In this document: piece by piece, positions 18,658 to 28,432 of the stretch
Position numbering within the stretch: position 1 is the first letter of the stretch
Layout of the letters: the number at the start of each line of letters is the position of its first letter
Assembly: GCA_965197925.1 (NCBI GenBank)
Contig: CBDAOC010000020.1
Coordinates: forward strand, 384,001 to 448,000
From: Nitrososphaerales archaeon
GTDB taxonomy: Archaea; Thermoproteota; Nitrososphaeria; Nitrososphaerales; UBA213
Length of the DNA: 64,000 bases
Direction: 5' to 3'
Notes under the pieces: generated by a model
The model's database searches: none
Told to the model about the DNA's origin: nothing
What the model saw: the letters and a program-made list of their open reading frames with translations, nothing else
Translations under genes and position numbers: made by a program

Positions 18658-19604
18658 ATCTCTATAGAAACCATGGATTTTAGCCCCATTGTATATAGAA
18701 TTGTACCATTAGATCAAATGCGTTACTGGCCATACATTCTTACATGAAAGAGTCGTGATACGGTAAACTTGGAAAAACAATACTTGATGTCTTGATAAGG
18801 GCTAGAGTACTGGTCTACATACCACGGGAAGAGCAACCACATCTACACTGTATGACAGCAAACGATCCTGTTAACATTAAGACAGTATGAAGGAAAGAGC
18901 TAAAGAAGGTTAGTATAATGACTCCATGAAGCATACTCTCTTAGAATGTATCTAAAGTTAGAGTCCCACATTATACAACCCTTCAGAAATTTGCTGCAGG
19001 ATAGATGGCAACATACCATACAGAATAATTTCTTCATTCATACTTTTCACCAAGATTAGGATTTTGTTCGTAGGATAGATGTATATGGATTCAGATCCAG
19101 CAATACAACAACATACTATACGGATAGAGCAGGAATAAGGAAGAAGTGCATCGAACTATCGATAGGTGCTGAATTAAGAGAGCAAACAGCATGTTCATTG
19201 AAGATCAGGGTGCTCCTAAACACTATACTATAGATTTCAAACCCATTATGGAAAGAACCTCAAAATAATGCCCCACTCTATTGTAGCAAACAAAGGCTAT
19301 GATAGAGAAGCAAATCATGAATTTAAGGGGCATCTAGATTCTGTGAGCACAATCCCTGCTACGTATGGTATTGTTCTAGTATGGAGGACGCATGGAAGAT
19401 GCATGAAGAAGATGAAGAGGAGATTCTATACACGTCTATACCATCAAAGAAACAAGAATCAAATATGCTGTCTGTGGTAAAGAGCATGTTGGGTGAGCAT
19501 ATAGCATCAAGACTGATATGATGAAGAATAAGGAACTGATGTTCATAGTGATAGCCTACAACTGCATAGATTGACTGTATTTTTGGCATGGTTTCTACAG
19601 AGCC
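18658..19604 (+). mobile_element. Heavily decayed IS5-family element (same family as 49625-50587)
   Basis: Ends ATCTCTATAGAAACCATGG / CATGGTTTCTACAGAGCC; fragments NKGYDREANHEF, YHQRNKN; many stops and frameshifts; flanks ATCGGCTC / AATGGCTC look like a decayed 8-bp TSD. Confidence 0.9.
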
Positions 19605-20006
19605 AATGGCTCCGTTATGCCTAATATTAGGGCGTGCTACAATCCATCCCTTTAGTTTTATCAGCAAGAGTATTTGCCGGTTTTGTATGGTCATAAGAAA
19701 TTAGGAATTCAAGGGATTAAACTTAACTTAACAAATGCTAACATATTATGACTTGCTCATTTAGTTATTCTTTCACCCTCTTGATCAATCAGTTTGTAAT
19801 AGATCAAATTGAATGGTTGATGGGGTCATTTCAGAAATAATAGGTTCTGGATATTTTATAGCAACATATTTGGGATTCCCTATTCTTTCTTTGAAATAGG
19901 TAACTGCCAATTATAAATATTCCATTATGCTTGATATCTTATACAAGATATTTGATCTCTAAAAATTGGGATATTTTCGACCTAACATGTGTGGACATAA
20001 TTCTTC

Positions 20007-20026
20007 TGGTTGGATGTGGTTGGATG
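20007..20026. repeat. Exact 10-bp tandem duplication
   Basis: TGGTTGGATG x2. Confidence 0.85.
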
Positions 20027-20067
20027 TATTAGAATTAGTTATCAGTCAATAATCTACAAATATAAAA

Positions 20068-20247
20068 TTATGTTAATTTGTTACCTGCAACATACCAGTT
20101 TTCTTTAGGTGTGTCTTGATACATTACTATAATATGTTCCTTTTTAGAACCTAACACTTTTTCTACCACATCTGTAATTGCCTTGGCAAGTTCTTCTTTC
20201 TTCTCAGATGTCCTACCGGGCCAGAGAGAAATAGTTACTAGAGGCAT
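20068..20247 (-). CDS. 4-oxalocrotonate tautomerase family protein (59 aa, absent from ORF track)
   Basis: MPLVTISLWPGRTSEKKEELAKAITDVVEKVLG...ENWYVAG; catalytic Pro1 and GR motif. Confidence 0.9.
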   Translation of the reverse strand: MPLVTISLWPGRTSEKKEELAKAITDVVEKVLGSKKEHIIVMYQDTPKENWYVAGNKLT

Positions 20248-20298
20248 AGTAAATTGTAATGTAATACCATATTTAAATGATGGAGTGTAATGTGATTT

Positions 20299-21294
20299 AT
20301 GTTCCCACTGTACGACGAGAACCCAAGATCTAGTAGACCTTATGTAAACTATGTACTAATAGCTATAAATTTTGTGGTCTTTATTTGGGAGGTCATAGCG
20401 ACGGGGTTCTTTACAAATGAACAAGCGGCGAATAGAATGTTCCTTGATTATGGTTTTGTCCCTGCGAGGTTCCTTGAAATGGGACTACGGATTGAGAGCT
20501 TTTGGTCAATATTAAGCTCGATATTCATGCACGGAGGCATTATGCACTTACTCGGAAACATGCTTTTTCTATGGATATTTGGTGATAACATAGAAGATAG
20601 GTTTGGGCATCGAAAGTATCTAGTAATTTATCTTTTTTGGGGTTTCGTTGCCAGCATGGCACATCTAGCATGGGCCATGGGCGTTGGTGGGAATCAATTG
20701 CTCATACCGGCAGTAGGTGCCTCTGGTTCAATATCAGGTGTTTTGGGTGCTTATTTGCTGATGTTCCCCAGAGCAAAGGTCGTTACTTTGATATTTTTCT
20801 TTTTCATAACCACAACGAGAATACCTGCCTATGCCTACCTATTAATGTGGATTGTCTTTCAGGTATTTTCAGCTTCATTCAATGTCGGGGGCGGTGTCGC
20901 ATATTTGGCACATATTGGTGGTTTTGTAGTTGGAGCAGTTTTTGGACTTGGATACAGAGCATTAGGGAAAATGCTATTGAAACCCGTATTCATATCTACT
21001 AAAAGAAAAGAAAAATCTCAGGAACCAAGGGATGTAAAGCAAATGATTAGGCCGTTAAGAATGGAAGGTATCACTACAGAAAGGTATGTAGAGATTTTAG
21101 TGGAAATGCCAGGAGTAAAAGAAGAAGCTATAGCGATCCAAATTTCGGATAATACATTATTAATAAATGCTGTTACTGAAGATGGCTACAAAATATATCG
21201 AGGAAAGGCTATTTTGAGAGTGAAGGTGGAAAATGAACCAGAATTTATTCATTATCTTAATGGAATATTGCGTATAAGAATAAGTCGTATATGA
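20299..21294 (+). CDS. Rhomboid intramembrane serine protease with C-terminal Hsp20-like domain
   Basis: FMHGG..HLLGNM, GASG catalytic Ser, AHIGG catalytic His; C-terminal VEMPGV...YLNGILRIRI. Confidence 0.9.
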   Translation: MFPLYDENPRSSRPYVNYVLIAINFVVFIWEVIATGFFTNEQAANRMFLDYGFVPARFLEMGLRIESFWSILSSIFMHGGIMHLLGNMLFLWIFGDNIEDRFGHRKYLVIYLFWGFVASMAHLAWAMGVGGNQLLIPAVGASGSISGVLGAYLLMFPRAKVVTLIFFFFITTTRIPAYAYLLMWIVFQVFSASFNVGGGVAYLAHIGGFVVGAVFGLGYRALGKMLLKPVFISTKRKEKSQEPRDVKQMIRPLRMEGITTERYVEILVEMPGVKEEAIAIQISDNTLLINAVTEDGYKIYRGKAILRVKVENEPEFIHYLNGILRIRISRI

Positions 21295-21338
21295 GCTCAT
21301 AGAGTCTGCTTTAAGACGATAAAGTTTGATTTCATTTA

Positions 21339-22379
21339 GAGCTTATCCTAAAATTAACATCATAGCCTAATTGTTTATACCGAAACAGATCTAGAACCGT
21401 TATCTCTAGCTAAATTTGTGAGAAAATCAAAGAAAAAGAGCATGCCGACCATATGGCATATACCAGACGATCTATGGGAAGAGTTCAAACTAGTGTTGCC
21501 GCCAAGGAAACCAGCAAGAACAGTTGGAAGGCCAGCTGTGCCATTTAGAAAAGTATTGAATGGAGTACTGTACGTATTAAGAACTGGATGCCAGTGGAAG
21601 AAGGTGCCGAAAGAATTTGGTTCTGGCTCAACTTGCCATGCAAGATTTCAGGAATGGATTGGGATAGGAGTATTCAAGAAGGTATGGAAGAGGCTGCTGG
21701 AAATATATGATGAATTGAAGGGTATAGGATGGGACTGGCAATCCATGGATAGCGTACCGAAGGCCCCATTAGGGGGAAAACGGCCGAGCAAACCCAACGG
21801 ATAGAGGCAAGCTAGGTACCAAACGTCACATGCTGGTTGATAGAAGAGGTATTCCTCTCTCATCTGTAATTACTGGAGCAAACAAGCACGATATGAAATC
21901 AGCCTTTCCTACAATAGATAGCATTGTTGTTGATAGGCCCAAAGTTAAACAGAACATATGCATGAATAGGATATGATTTCCCTGAGATAGAGTATGGAGT
22001 TAGGAAGGGGATATGTGGATCACATTCGTCATAAGGGTGAAGTGTTGAAAAAGAATTTGTACAAAGCAAAGAGATGGGTTGTAGAAAGAACCGCATCTTG
22101 GCATAACAGGTTCAGAAAGTTATTGGTAAGGTTCGAGAAGAGAGAGGAAAATTATCAGGCGCTAGTAGAATTTGCTAACTGCCTAATAGTGTATAGAGCG
22201 ATATATTGGTAGTGTCATAAACACGTTAATGCAACTGTTTCTAGTATCTATTATCTACAATACTAATAAAATCAATAGTAAGAAAACTAAACCTGACAGT
22301 ATGAACTAATATTCTTGCATTCTAAATGTTATCATTTCTACCAATCATTAACTATCAGCTAGAATTTTAGGATAGGCTC
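21339..22379 (+). mobile_element. IS5-family element (IS427/IS1031-like), defective transposase at about 21442-22212
   Basis: 17-bp TIRs GAGCTTATCCTAAAATT / AATTTTAGGATAGGCTC flanked by TA; transposase motifs VLRTGCQW, NPTDRGKLGTKRH, RWVVERT; GGGGGAAAA site plus additional frameshifts. Confidence 0.92.
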
Positions 22380-22431
22380 TAAGATAAATCCGATTTATAT
22401 TGTCTGTATAGGAAATGCCAATAAACTAGGA

Positions 22432-23223
22432 TTATACTTTTACTTCTTTGTTTATCAAAGAATACTTTGACTTGTATCCTCGTGGGTTTATCATCAATCC
22501 ATTATACATAAAGGTTGAAGAATTTCCTATTATGACAGTGCTCAGCATACCAAGACTGTCTACATGCTCTAGTACATGTTCCAGATCTGTCATTATGATC
22601 TTCTGATTCTCTCTGTACGCAGCCTTTACTATTGCCACTGGAGTACTTGGTTCTCTATACTTAAGTAGTAAATCCCTAGTGTCACGTAACTGGTGCACGC
22701 GCTTCTTACTTTGTGGATTGTATATTACAACGACATAATCACCCTTCGCTGCTGCTTCAACTCTTTGTATAATAATATGCCATGGAACAAGTAGATCGCT
22801 CATGCTTACCACCGCAAAATCGGTCATTAGTGGGGAACCTAACAAAGCAGCGCATGAGTTTAGCGCTGATACACCAGGAATTATTTCCACATAAATTCCA
22901 TCTTCTCGGTTCCAGCCTTTCTCTGCAAGTACCTCGTAAACCAGACCAGCCATCCCGTATATTCCAGCATCTCCACTCGATATTAGAGAAACTATTTTTT
23001 CACTCTCTGCAAGCTCTATTGCTTGATTTGCCCTTTCCACTTCTTGGGTCATAGCATAGGAATGAACTTCCTTTCCCTTCAGAAGTGGCTCAACCAATGC
23101 CAAGTAAGTCTGGTAACCTATGATAACATTGCTCTCTTGGATACACTGTTTTGCCCTAGGAGTCATGTGTTCTTCGTAACCCGGCCCTATACCTACCACG
23201 TACAACTTACCTTTTTTCATCAT
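22432..23223 (-). CDS. cbiH: Precorrin-3B C17-methyltransferase
   Basis: VVGIGPG, SSGDAGIYGMAG, SMSDLLVPW, YNPQS, NPRGY. Confidence 0.95.
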   Translation of the reverse strand: MMKKGKLYVVGIGPGYEEHMTPRAKQCIQESNVIIGYQTYLALVEPLLKGKEVHSYAMTQEVERANQAIELAESEKIVSLISSGDAGIYGMAGLVYEVLAEKGWNREDGIYVEIIPGVSALNSCAALLGSPLMTDFAVVSMSDLLVPWHIIIQRVEAAAKGDYVVVIYNPQSKKRVHQLRDTRDLLLKYREPSTPVAIVKAAYRENQKIIMTDLEHVLEHVDSLGMLSTVIIGNSSTFMYNGLMINPRGYKSKYSLINKEVKV

Positions 23224-23267
23224 GAATTTACGATACTGATTGCCTTTAATTCTTTTCTATGTTGGGA

Positions 23268-24671
23268 TTAACTAATCTTGTTAAGTTCAAACTCCTGGTG
23301 TAGTGCACGAATTGCCTCCTCGCAATCCCTGTCGCTTACCACAAATGCTAAATTAAGTTCAGAAGAGCCTTGAGCAATCATTATAACGTTTACGTCATTC
23401 TTTGCGACGGCACCGAAAATTCTTGAAGCTACTCCTTTGATTCCTCGCATCCCAGAACCAACTACTGCAATAATTGCGACATTGTCAGTAACATTTAAGG
23501 TCTTTATCACCTTGCCAAGCAAATTCAACTCTAGTGAATTAACTGCTCTATCCAGATCATTCTTACGAACTACCATGGATATACTTGACTCAGAAGGGCT
23601 TTGAGATATCATCATTATGTTGACCTTGTTTTTGCCCATAATATCAAATATTTTGCCTGCTGTACCAGGAACGCCTACCATGCTGCCACCTCTCACATCT
23701 ACAAGTGCTGTGTTTCTAATAACAGTGATAGATTTAACTATGTGACTTGAACCGGTCTTGGGGTTTTTGATCACAAAAGTACCCCTATTTTCTGGCTTCA
23801 ATACATTCCTTATTCGCATAGGTATTCCTTTGTCTAGTATAGGTTCAAGAGCTCTTGGATGCATATACTTCGCACCGAAGAGAACCATCTCCATTGCTTC
23901 TGCATATGATACTTCATTCAAAACTCTTGCATTCTTAACCATCCTTGGGTCTGCCGTCATTAGACCATCTACGTCTGTCCATAACCACACCTCGTCTGCG
24001 TTTATGCAGGATGCTAATATAGTAGCAGTGTAATCCGAACCTCCTCTACCAAGTGTTGTAAGATTTCCATATTGATCGGCTGCAACAAATCCAGTTACAA
24101 CTGGCAAAATACCATTTTTCAACATTGGAAGGATTTTGTTGGAAACTCTTAATTTTGTAGTGTCCATAAGCGGTTTTGCTTCACCAAAGTAAGAATCTGT
24201 AATTATGCCAGCATCCTTTCCAGTAAGAAACTCGGATTTGACTCCTATATCTTTCAGTGCATAGCAGAGTATAGGGGTCGCAAGTCTTTCACCAAATGAA
24301 AGCAAATAATCCTGTGATCTTGCCGATATTTCACCAAGTAAAACTATGCCATTCAAAACATCTTCCAACTCGTTTATCATTACTTCCAATGCCTTTCGAA
24401 GTCCATTCTTTGATTTCATTTTGGTAATAGAATCTTTTGCTAAATCCATATGGATCTTTTCAATTCTGTTAATGAAATTCTCCACTTCAGTTTTATTACC
24501 TTTTTTTATGCTTTCAGAAACTTGCAACAGATCATCGGTCACTCCCTTAACTGCAGAAGCTACTGTGACAATTTTGTTTGCTTTTGAATATGATTTGATA
24601 AGTTGTGCTACCTGCTTCACTCTATCTGCACTGGCAACTGATGTGCCCCCAAACTTCATTACAATCTTCAA
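23268..24671 (-). CDS. lysC: Aspartate kinase
   Basis: MKFGGTSV, LGRGGSDYTA, WTDVDG, two ACT domains. Confidence 0.96.
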   Translation of the reverse strand: MKIVMKFGGTSVASADRVKQVAQLIKSYSKANKIVTVASAVKGVTDDLLQVSESIKKGNKTEVENFINRIEKIHMDLAKDSITKMKSKNGLRKALEVMINELEDVLNGIVLLGEISARSQDYLLSFGERLATPILCYALKDIGVKSEFLTGKDAGIITDSYFGEAKPLMDTTKLRVSNKILPMLKNGILPVVTGFVAADQYGNLTTLGRGGSDYTATILASCINADEVWLWTDVDGLMTADPRMVKNARVLNEVSYAEAMEMVLFGAKYMHPRALEPILDKGIPMRIRNVLKPENRGTFVIKNPKTGSSHIVKSITVIRNTALVDVRGGSMVGVPGTAGKIFDIMGKNKVNIMMISQSPSESSISMVVRKNDLDRAVNSLELNLLGKVIKTLNVTDNVAIIAVVGSGMRGIKGVASRIFGAVAKNDVNVIMIAQGSSELNLAFVVSDRDCEEAIRALHQEFELNKIS

Positions 24672-24723
24672 TTCTCAGCATTGCTAACTATGCTTGCTTT
24701 AAATTCTTTCTTAACCTGCGTGA

Positions 24724-24745
24724 GATCCATGAATGATCCATGAAT
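24724..24745. repeat. Exact 11-bp tandem duplication
   Basis: GATCCATGAAT x2. Confidence 0.9.
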
Positions 24746-24757
24746 GAATGAGGGGAC

Positions 24758-25510
24758 CTAGCCTTCTACTCTCGGCGCAAGGAAGAATTGGATCCTGCCT
24801 ACGTTCGAGACCTTGAACTCCAATCTCATCGGCATCTTGCTAGAATACTCGCATATTACACCGCCTGAACCTGTTCCTATTGCTTTTGCTATGCTACTCA
24901 AATATTCCAAACTGTAAGTAGCCTTACTCACTTCCTTGACATTCAATTCGTCTAATCCTTCACTCCCAGATTCCAGTGTAATAACCGCCTCACCAGCATC
25001 TCCCCTTCCTGAAAAGATGGCTTTATCGGTGTTGGATTCTATAGATACGTAATCTGAAACAACCTGAATATCAGTCAGTATTTTATCAAACGTTGAGGTA
25101 GTCAACGCAATCTTTGCGTTAAAACTTATCTTTGGTAGTGGTGTTGAACCGACTGTACTTTCTATCAATTTCATTTTATACTCCTTCTTATAGCCATTTG
25201 ATATCTTTACAACTAGCAAATTCTCCTCCGTTACATTCAGTTCAATGTCATCTCCTTTGTTAGCCCGCTTGATCAATTTCGAAAATTCGTCTACTCTTAC
25301 ACCAAACTTTATAGCACTGTCACACTCGAACCTTTCAAAAGCAGAATTGGGCCATAGTAAATCTATTAGAGCAACGTGACTCGGGTCCATACCCCTAAAA
25401 GAAATGCTTTCGCTAGTAGCCTCAAAGGTAGCTTCTTCAACAAGAGTTGAGATGGCAGAAGTTATTGCCTTCCACTCATCTGGACCTTTGGTTTTTGCCA
25501 ATAGAGCCAA
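24758..25510 (-). CDS. pcn: DNA sliding clamp PCNA
   Basis: MDPSHVALI, YSLEYL, C-terminal FLAPRVE. Confidence 0.97.
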   Translation of the reverse strand: MALLAKTKGPDEWKAITSAISTLVEEATFEATSESISFRGMDPSHVALIDLLWPNSAFERFECDSAIKFGVRVDEFSKLIKRANKGDDIELNVTEENLLVVKISNGYKKEYKMKLIESTVGSTPLPKISFNAKIALTTSTFDKILTDIQVVSDYVSIESNTDKAIFSGRGDAGEAVITLESGSEGLDELNVKEVSKATYSLEYLSSIAKAIGTGSGGVICEYSSKMPMRLEFKVSNVGRIQFFLAPRVEG

Positions 25511-25545
25511 AGCAGATATGCAATGTTACAGTTGATATTAAACCT

Positions 25546-25893
25546 TTATGTGTAATTACGCCAGGTGTGATTGCAACTAGTGCATCTGTAGAATTGAGTC
25601 GTAGGTTCGTCTGCACTCCTAGTCTGCAGCATCCACCATACGGCTTCCTTGTTATCGCATTTTGGGCAGTCAACGTTTGTTGTAGGAAGTGCTTTGATAT
25701 CATTTCCTTCCTCTAAAACCTTAATTGATGGATCCTCTTTTGTGTCGAGTTTCTTTTTTGATTTGATCTCTGGCGTCGAATCCCCTAACTGAGCCGTCGA
25801 GTAACCGCACCTCGGGCAAGTCATTTTTACCATTGTTTCTTGTCCTTCCTGCTTTGACTTTAGTCTAGTATTACATGTGGGACAGAATTGCAT
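25546..25893 (-). CDS. tfs: Transcription factor S (TFS/RpoM)
   Basis: MQFCPTC, CPKC, QTRSADEP acidic loop; likely start 25893. Confidence 0.95.
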   Translation of the reverse strand: MQFCPTCNTRLKSKQEGQETMVKMTCPRCGYSTAQLGDSTPEIKSKKKLDTKEDPSIKVLEEGNDIKALPTTNVDCPKCDNKEAVWWMLQTRSADEPTTQFYRCTSCNHTWRNYT

Positions 25894-25900
25894 TACCTTA

Positions 25901-26173
25901 TCACTTCGCTTTATTGAAGACTTGGAGTATGTCTTCGATGTGTTCAACTGCTGTCTTGGTAGATTGCAGCAATGCATCCAACGGATTTCCGCTTTCGGTT
26001 ACGATTCTAAACTCATATTCCTTCGTCAGGAGATGTTTAAGTGTGACACCGGCAAATTCTATCTTCTTGTTTTGAAGAAGTTCGTACTGCAAAACGTACA
26101 TGATCGAAATATCCTCTTCCTTTACTTTTAGGTCGACTTCGTTATCGGCAAAATCTATAACTGTTGCATCCAT
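25901..26173 (-). CDS. rpoL: RNA polymerase subunit L (Rpo11)
   Basis: 90 aa RpoL-like (IEFAGVTLKHLL); rpoL-tfs-pcn order. Confidence 0.85.
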   Translation of the reverse strand: MDATVIDFADNEVDLKVKEEDISIMYVLQYELLQNKKIEFAGVTLKHLLTKEYEFRIVTESGNPLDALLQSTKTAVEHIEDILQVFNKAK

Positions 26174-26205
26174 ATTCTAGCATCACTCCTGCATGGTGAT
26201 ATAAA

Positions 26206-26233
26206 TTATGTGCCCAAGGTTATGTGCCCAAGG
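26206..26233. repeat. Exact 14-bp tandem duplication
   Basis: TTATGTGCCCAAGG x2. Confidence 0.9.
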
Positions 26234-26237
26234 GAGT

Positions 26238-26257
26238 AAAGATATATTTGATATAAT
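26238..26257 (+). promoter_or_regulatory. BRE/TATA-like motif, copy 1
   Basis: AAAGATATATTTGATATAAT, identical to 26817-26836, just upstream of a CDS. Confidence 0.6.
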
Positions 26258-26262
26258 CTTTT

Positions 26263-26811
26263 GTGGCAAAGGTGTTAGTAGATAGTTACATAAGAGATGT
26301 GAGACTACTTTCTTCAGCCCGCACATTGAAACTTGAACAGCCATTAAGGCTCGACCTTAGGTTCAAAGTTGAGGGTCAGATAAGGAAAGCCCTCCATCAG
26401 GAAAATTGGACCCTTGCTTATGACAAACATGATACCACTTTCTTGATCAAATACGTAATCACGATTCAAAGTGGCATTTTGAAGAGGTATGGAGTTCTTG
26501 AACCTGTGAAGTTTGTTAGAAAGGCATCATTTTACTGGAGTAGAAATCCTAAACTCCCTCCAAATCCACCAAACAAGAAGATCTGGGTAATGATATTGAT
26601 GGATGATTTGCCTAATTTGCCTGACACTGCTGAAGATGCAAGATCATTATTACTTGACGTAAGACGTACTGTGGAACTGATGGGCTATAATATTGGTAAG
26701 GGAAGGCATAAGTTAGTTGCTCATGTAAGCGCATCCTGGGGCAGGCATGAATACATTAAATCAGATAAGATAGATGCTAGATCGAACGAAGTAGAGATAA
26801 TTTGTATGTAA
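26263..26811 (+). CDS. Hypothetical protein
   Basis: 182-aa ORF; alternative GTG start at 26272. Confidence 0.75.
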   Translation: MAKVLVDSYIRDVRLLSSARTLKLEQPLRLDLRFKVEGQIRKALHQENWTLAYDKHDTTFLIKYVITIQSGILKRYGVLEPVKFVRKASFYWSRNPKLPPNPPNKKIWVMILMDDLPNLPDTAEDARSLLLDVRRTVELMGYNIGKGRHKLVAHVSASWGRHEYIKSDKIDARSNEVEIICM

Positions 26812-26816
26812 CCGTC

Positions 26817-26836
26817 AAAGATATATTTGATATAAT
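26817..26836 (+). promoter_or_regulatory. BRE/TATA-like motif, copy 2
   Basis: Same 20-mer; ATATATTT lies 22-29 nt before ATG 26850, a leaderless-promoter spacing. Confidence 0.65.
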
Positions 26837-26849
26837 ATTACTTGTTATC

Positions 26850-27125
26850 ATGGCGAAGTATGATGGAATTTGTGGTCAGGAGTTGATGGAAGTAGAGGAA
26901 AAGGGAAATGAAATTACATTAATCTTCAAAGACAACAGATATTTGTTTGTTAAAGTACTGGATGGCAGGTTTTTAGTGGATCATGAAAAATATCTTGAAA
27001 TAAAGGGAAAGGAATTGGTTCAAGTAGAAGAAAAGGAGAAGGAGCTCATACTGATCTTCACTGAGGGGAAGTTCCCGATCGGGGTAGAGAGCGGAAAGTT
27101 AGTTACTCACGTAGTACCAGAATGA
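26850..27125 (+). CDS. Small hypothetical protein with internal tandem duplication
   Basis: KYDGICGQELMEVEEKGNEITLIFKD... repeated as KYLEIKGKELVQVEEKEKELILIFTE... Confidence 0.75.
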   Translation: MAKYDGICGQELMEVEEKGNEITLIFKDNRYLFVKVLDGRFLVDHEKYLEIKGKELVQVEEKEKELILIFTEGKFPIGVESGKLVTHVVPE

Positions 27126-27626
27126 CTATAGTTTACTTTTCAAATATTTTTCAAAAAGAGATAATGCTATCTCCTGTGAGCTACTTTCTATGGATCCAGG
27201 TCGCATATTCCTTATTCTTTGTACGGCATTCTTTGGACCCATCCCGTTGAACTTTATCATATAAGCTGCGAGTATTGTGCCAGCACGACCTTTGCCAGCC
27301 GCACAATGAACCATAGTTGATTTGTTGTTTTTCAAATTTTTATCTATGAAGTCTACTGCTCTGTCAATATCTTGTATGTCCGGTGCTGCTCCATCAACTG
27401 TTGGCATATGCAGGTAATCAATATCACTTAACCACTCTCTTTTCAACGGTTTCTCCGTTAAGGTAATAATAGCTTTGATGCCATTCTCCCTCACCCAATC
27501 GAGCTCTTCCCTAGAAGTAGGAATTCCACTGCCTGCAAGGGCGCTATCTATTAGCCAAGAGAAGTTTGAAGGTTTCTTTGCAATTGCTCCATAGATCTTG
27601 CGCCAGAAATTTCCAATAATGCTCAA
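27126..27626 (-). CDS. Dual-specificity protein phosphatase
   Basis: HCAAGKGR (CX5R) P-loop, NFSWL, RPGSIE. Confidence 0.92.
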   Translation of the reverse strand: MSIIGNFWRKIYGAIAKKPSNFSWLIDSALAGSGIPTSREELDWVRENGIKAIITLTEKPLKREWLSDIDYLHMPTVDGAAPDIQDIDRAVDFIDKNLKNNKSTMVHCAAGKGRAGTILAAYMIKFNGMGPKNAVQRIRNMRPGSIESSSQEIALSLFEKYLKSKL

Positions 27627-28147
27627 TGACTTTCGCTTATCCTAAGTACAATCGCCATTATCAATGCGTTTGTAATAAGTTCATTTCTGCTAATGATTCC
27701 TTTCGTCATTAGTTCAATTATCCCTCCCTTCTCGCGAACACCCTTAATACCGTATAAAAATTGCACGGCTTTATCAACTTCCATCCTTTCTATTAAAACT
27801 AACCTCGTGACATCGCTTGGAAGCTGGAAGCCAGGACTTGATCCTAAAGTAATTTTTCCTACTCTATCAATTATTGCTGCAAATTGAACGTTAAGGTATG
27901 TCTTAAGGTCTGGTACCTCCATTAGTCCTGCTTCTATCCCAACTCCAAGTTCTGCATCATTCAATTTTTGTAGGGCAATTTTCGCCCTCGCCACCGCACC
28001 GTTGACAGTCCCACATAGTGTGACGGGTTGTGGTAGTAGGCTATTGACGCTAATATTGATTATCCTTACATTGTTGTAAAACTTACAAAACGCTTCCTTG
28101 ACAGCATTAACCTTTATAATATTAGAGGTTCCCACTGCTATTAGCAT
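27623..28147 (-). CDS. yjjX: Inosine/xanthosine triphosphatase (YjjX-like)
   Basis: AVGTSN..KVNAV, GAVARA, GVGIEAGL, GIIELMT...SR. Confidence 0.85.
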   Translation of the reverse strand: MLIAVGTSNIIKVNAVKEAFCKFYNNVRIINISVNSLLPQPVTLCGTVNGAVARAKIALQKLNDAELGVGIEAGLMEVPDLKTYLNVQFAAIIDRVGKITLGSSPGFQLPSDVTRLVLIERMEVDKAVQFLYGIKGVREKGGIIELMTKGIISRNELITNALIMAIVLRISESH

Positions 28148-28221
28148 AGACTACCTTGTTTATGCATATATAAAATTGGTTTTGATCAAAACATATATTA
28201 CAAATTGAGGAGATTATTATT

Positions 28222-28432
28222 ATGCAGGATCTTTTGGGTAAAGAAGCGATTCTGTATGAGCAAGATGTAGATAGGGTAAAGTGTACTGCATGCGCAAGAT
28301 ATTGCTCTATACCAAGGAAAATTGGATTATGTGGTATAAGGGGAAATGTTAACGGCAAGTTACGGTTATTCGTTTACGGCAAGGTGATTGCAGGGCAAAT
28401 AGATCCTATCGAGAAGAAGCCAGTAATACATT
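28222..28432 (+). pseudogene. amrS: N-terminal fragment of AmmeMemoRadiSam radical SAM enzyme, truncated by an IS
   Basis: VKCTACARYC...GLCGIRGN..GKL...YG...DPIEKKP; frame is interrupted at the IS end at 28433. Confidence 0.85.
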
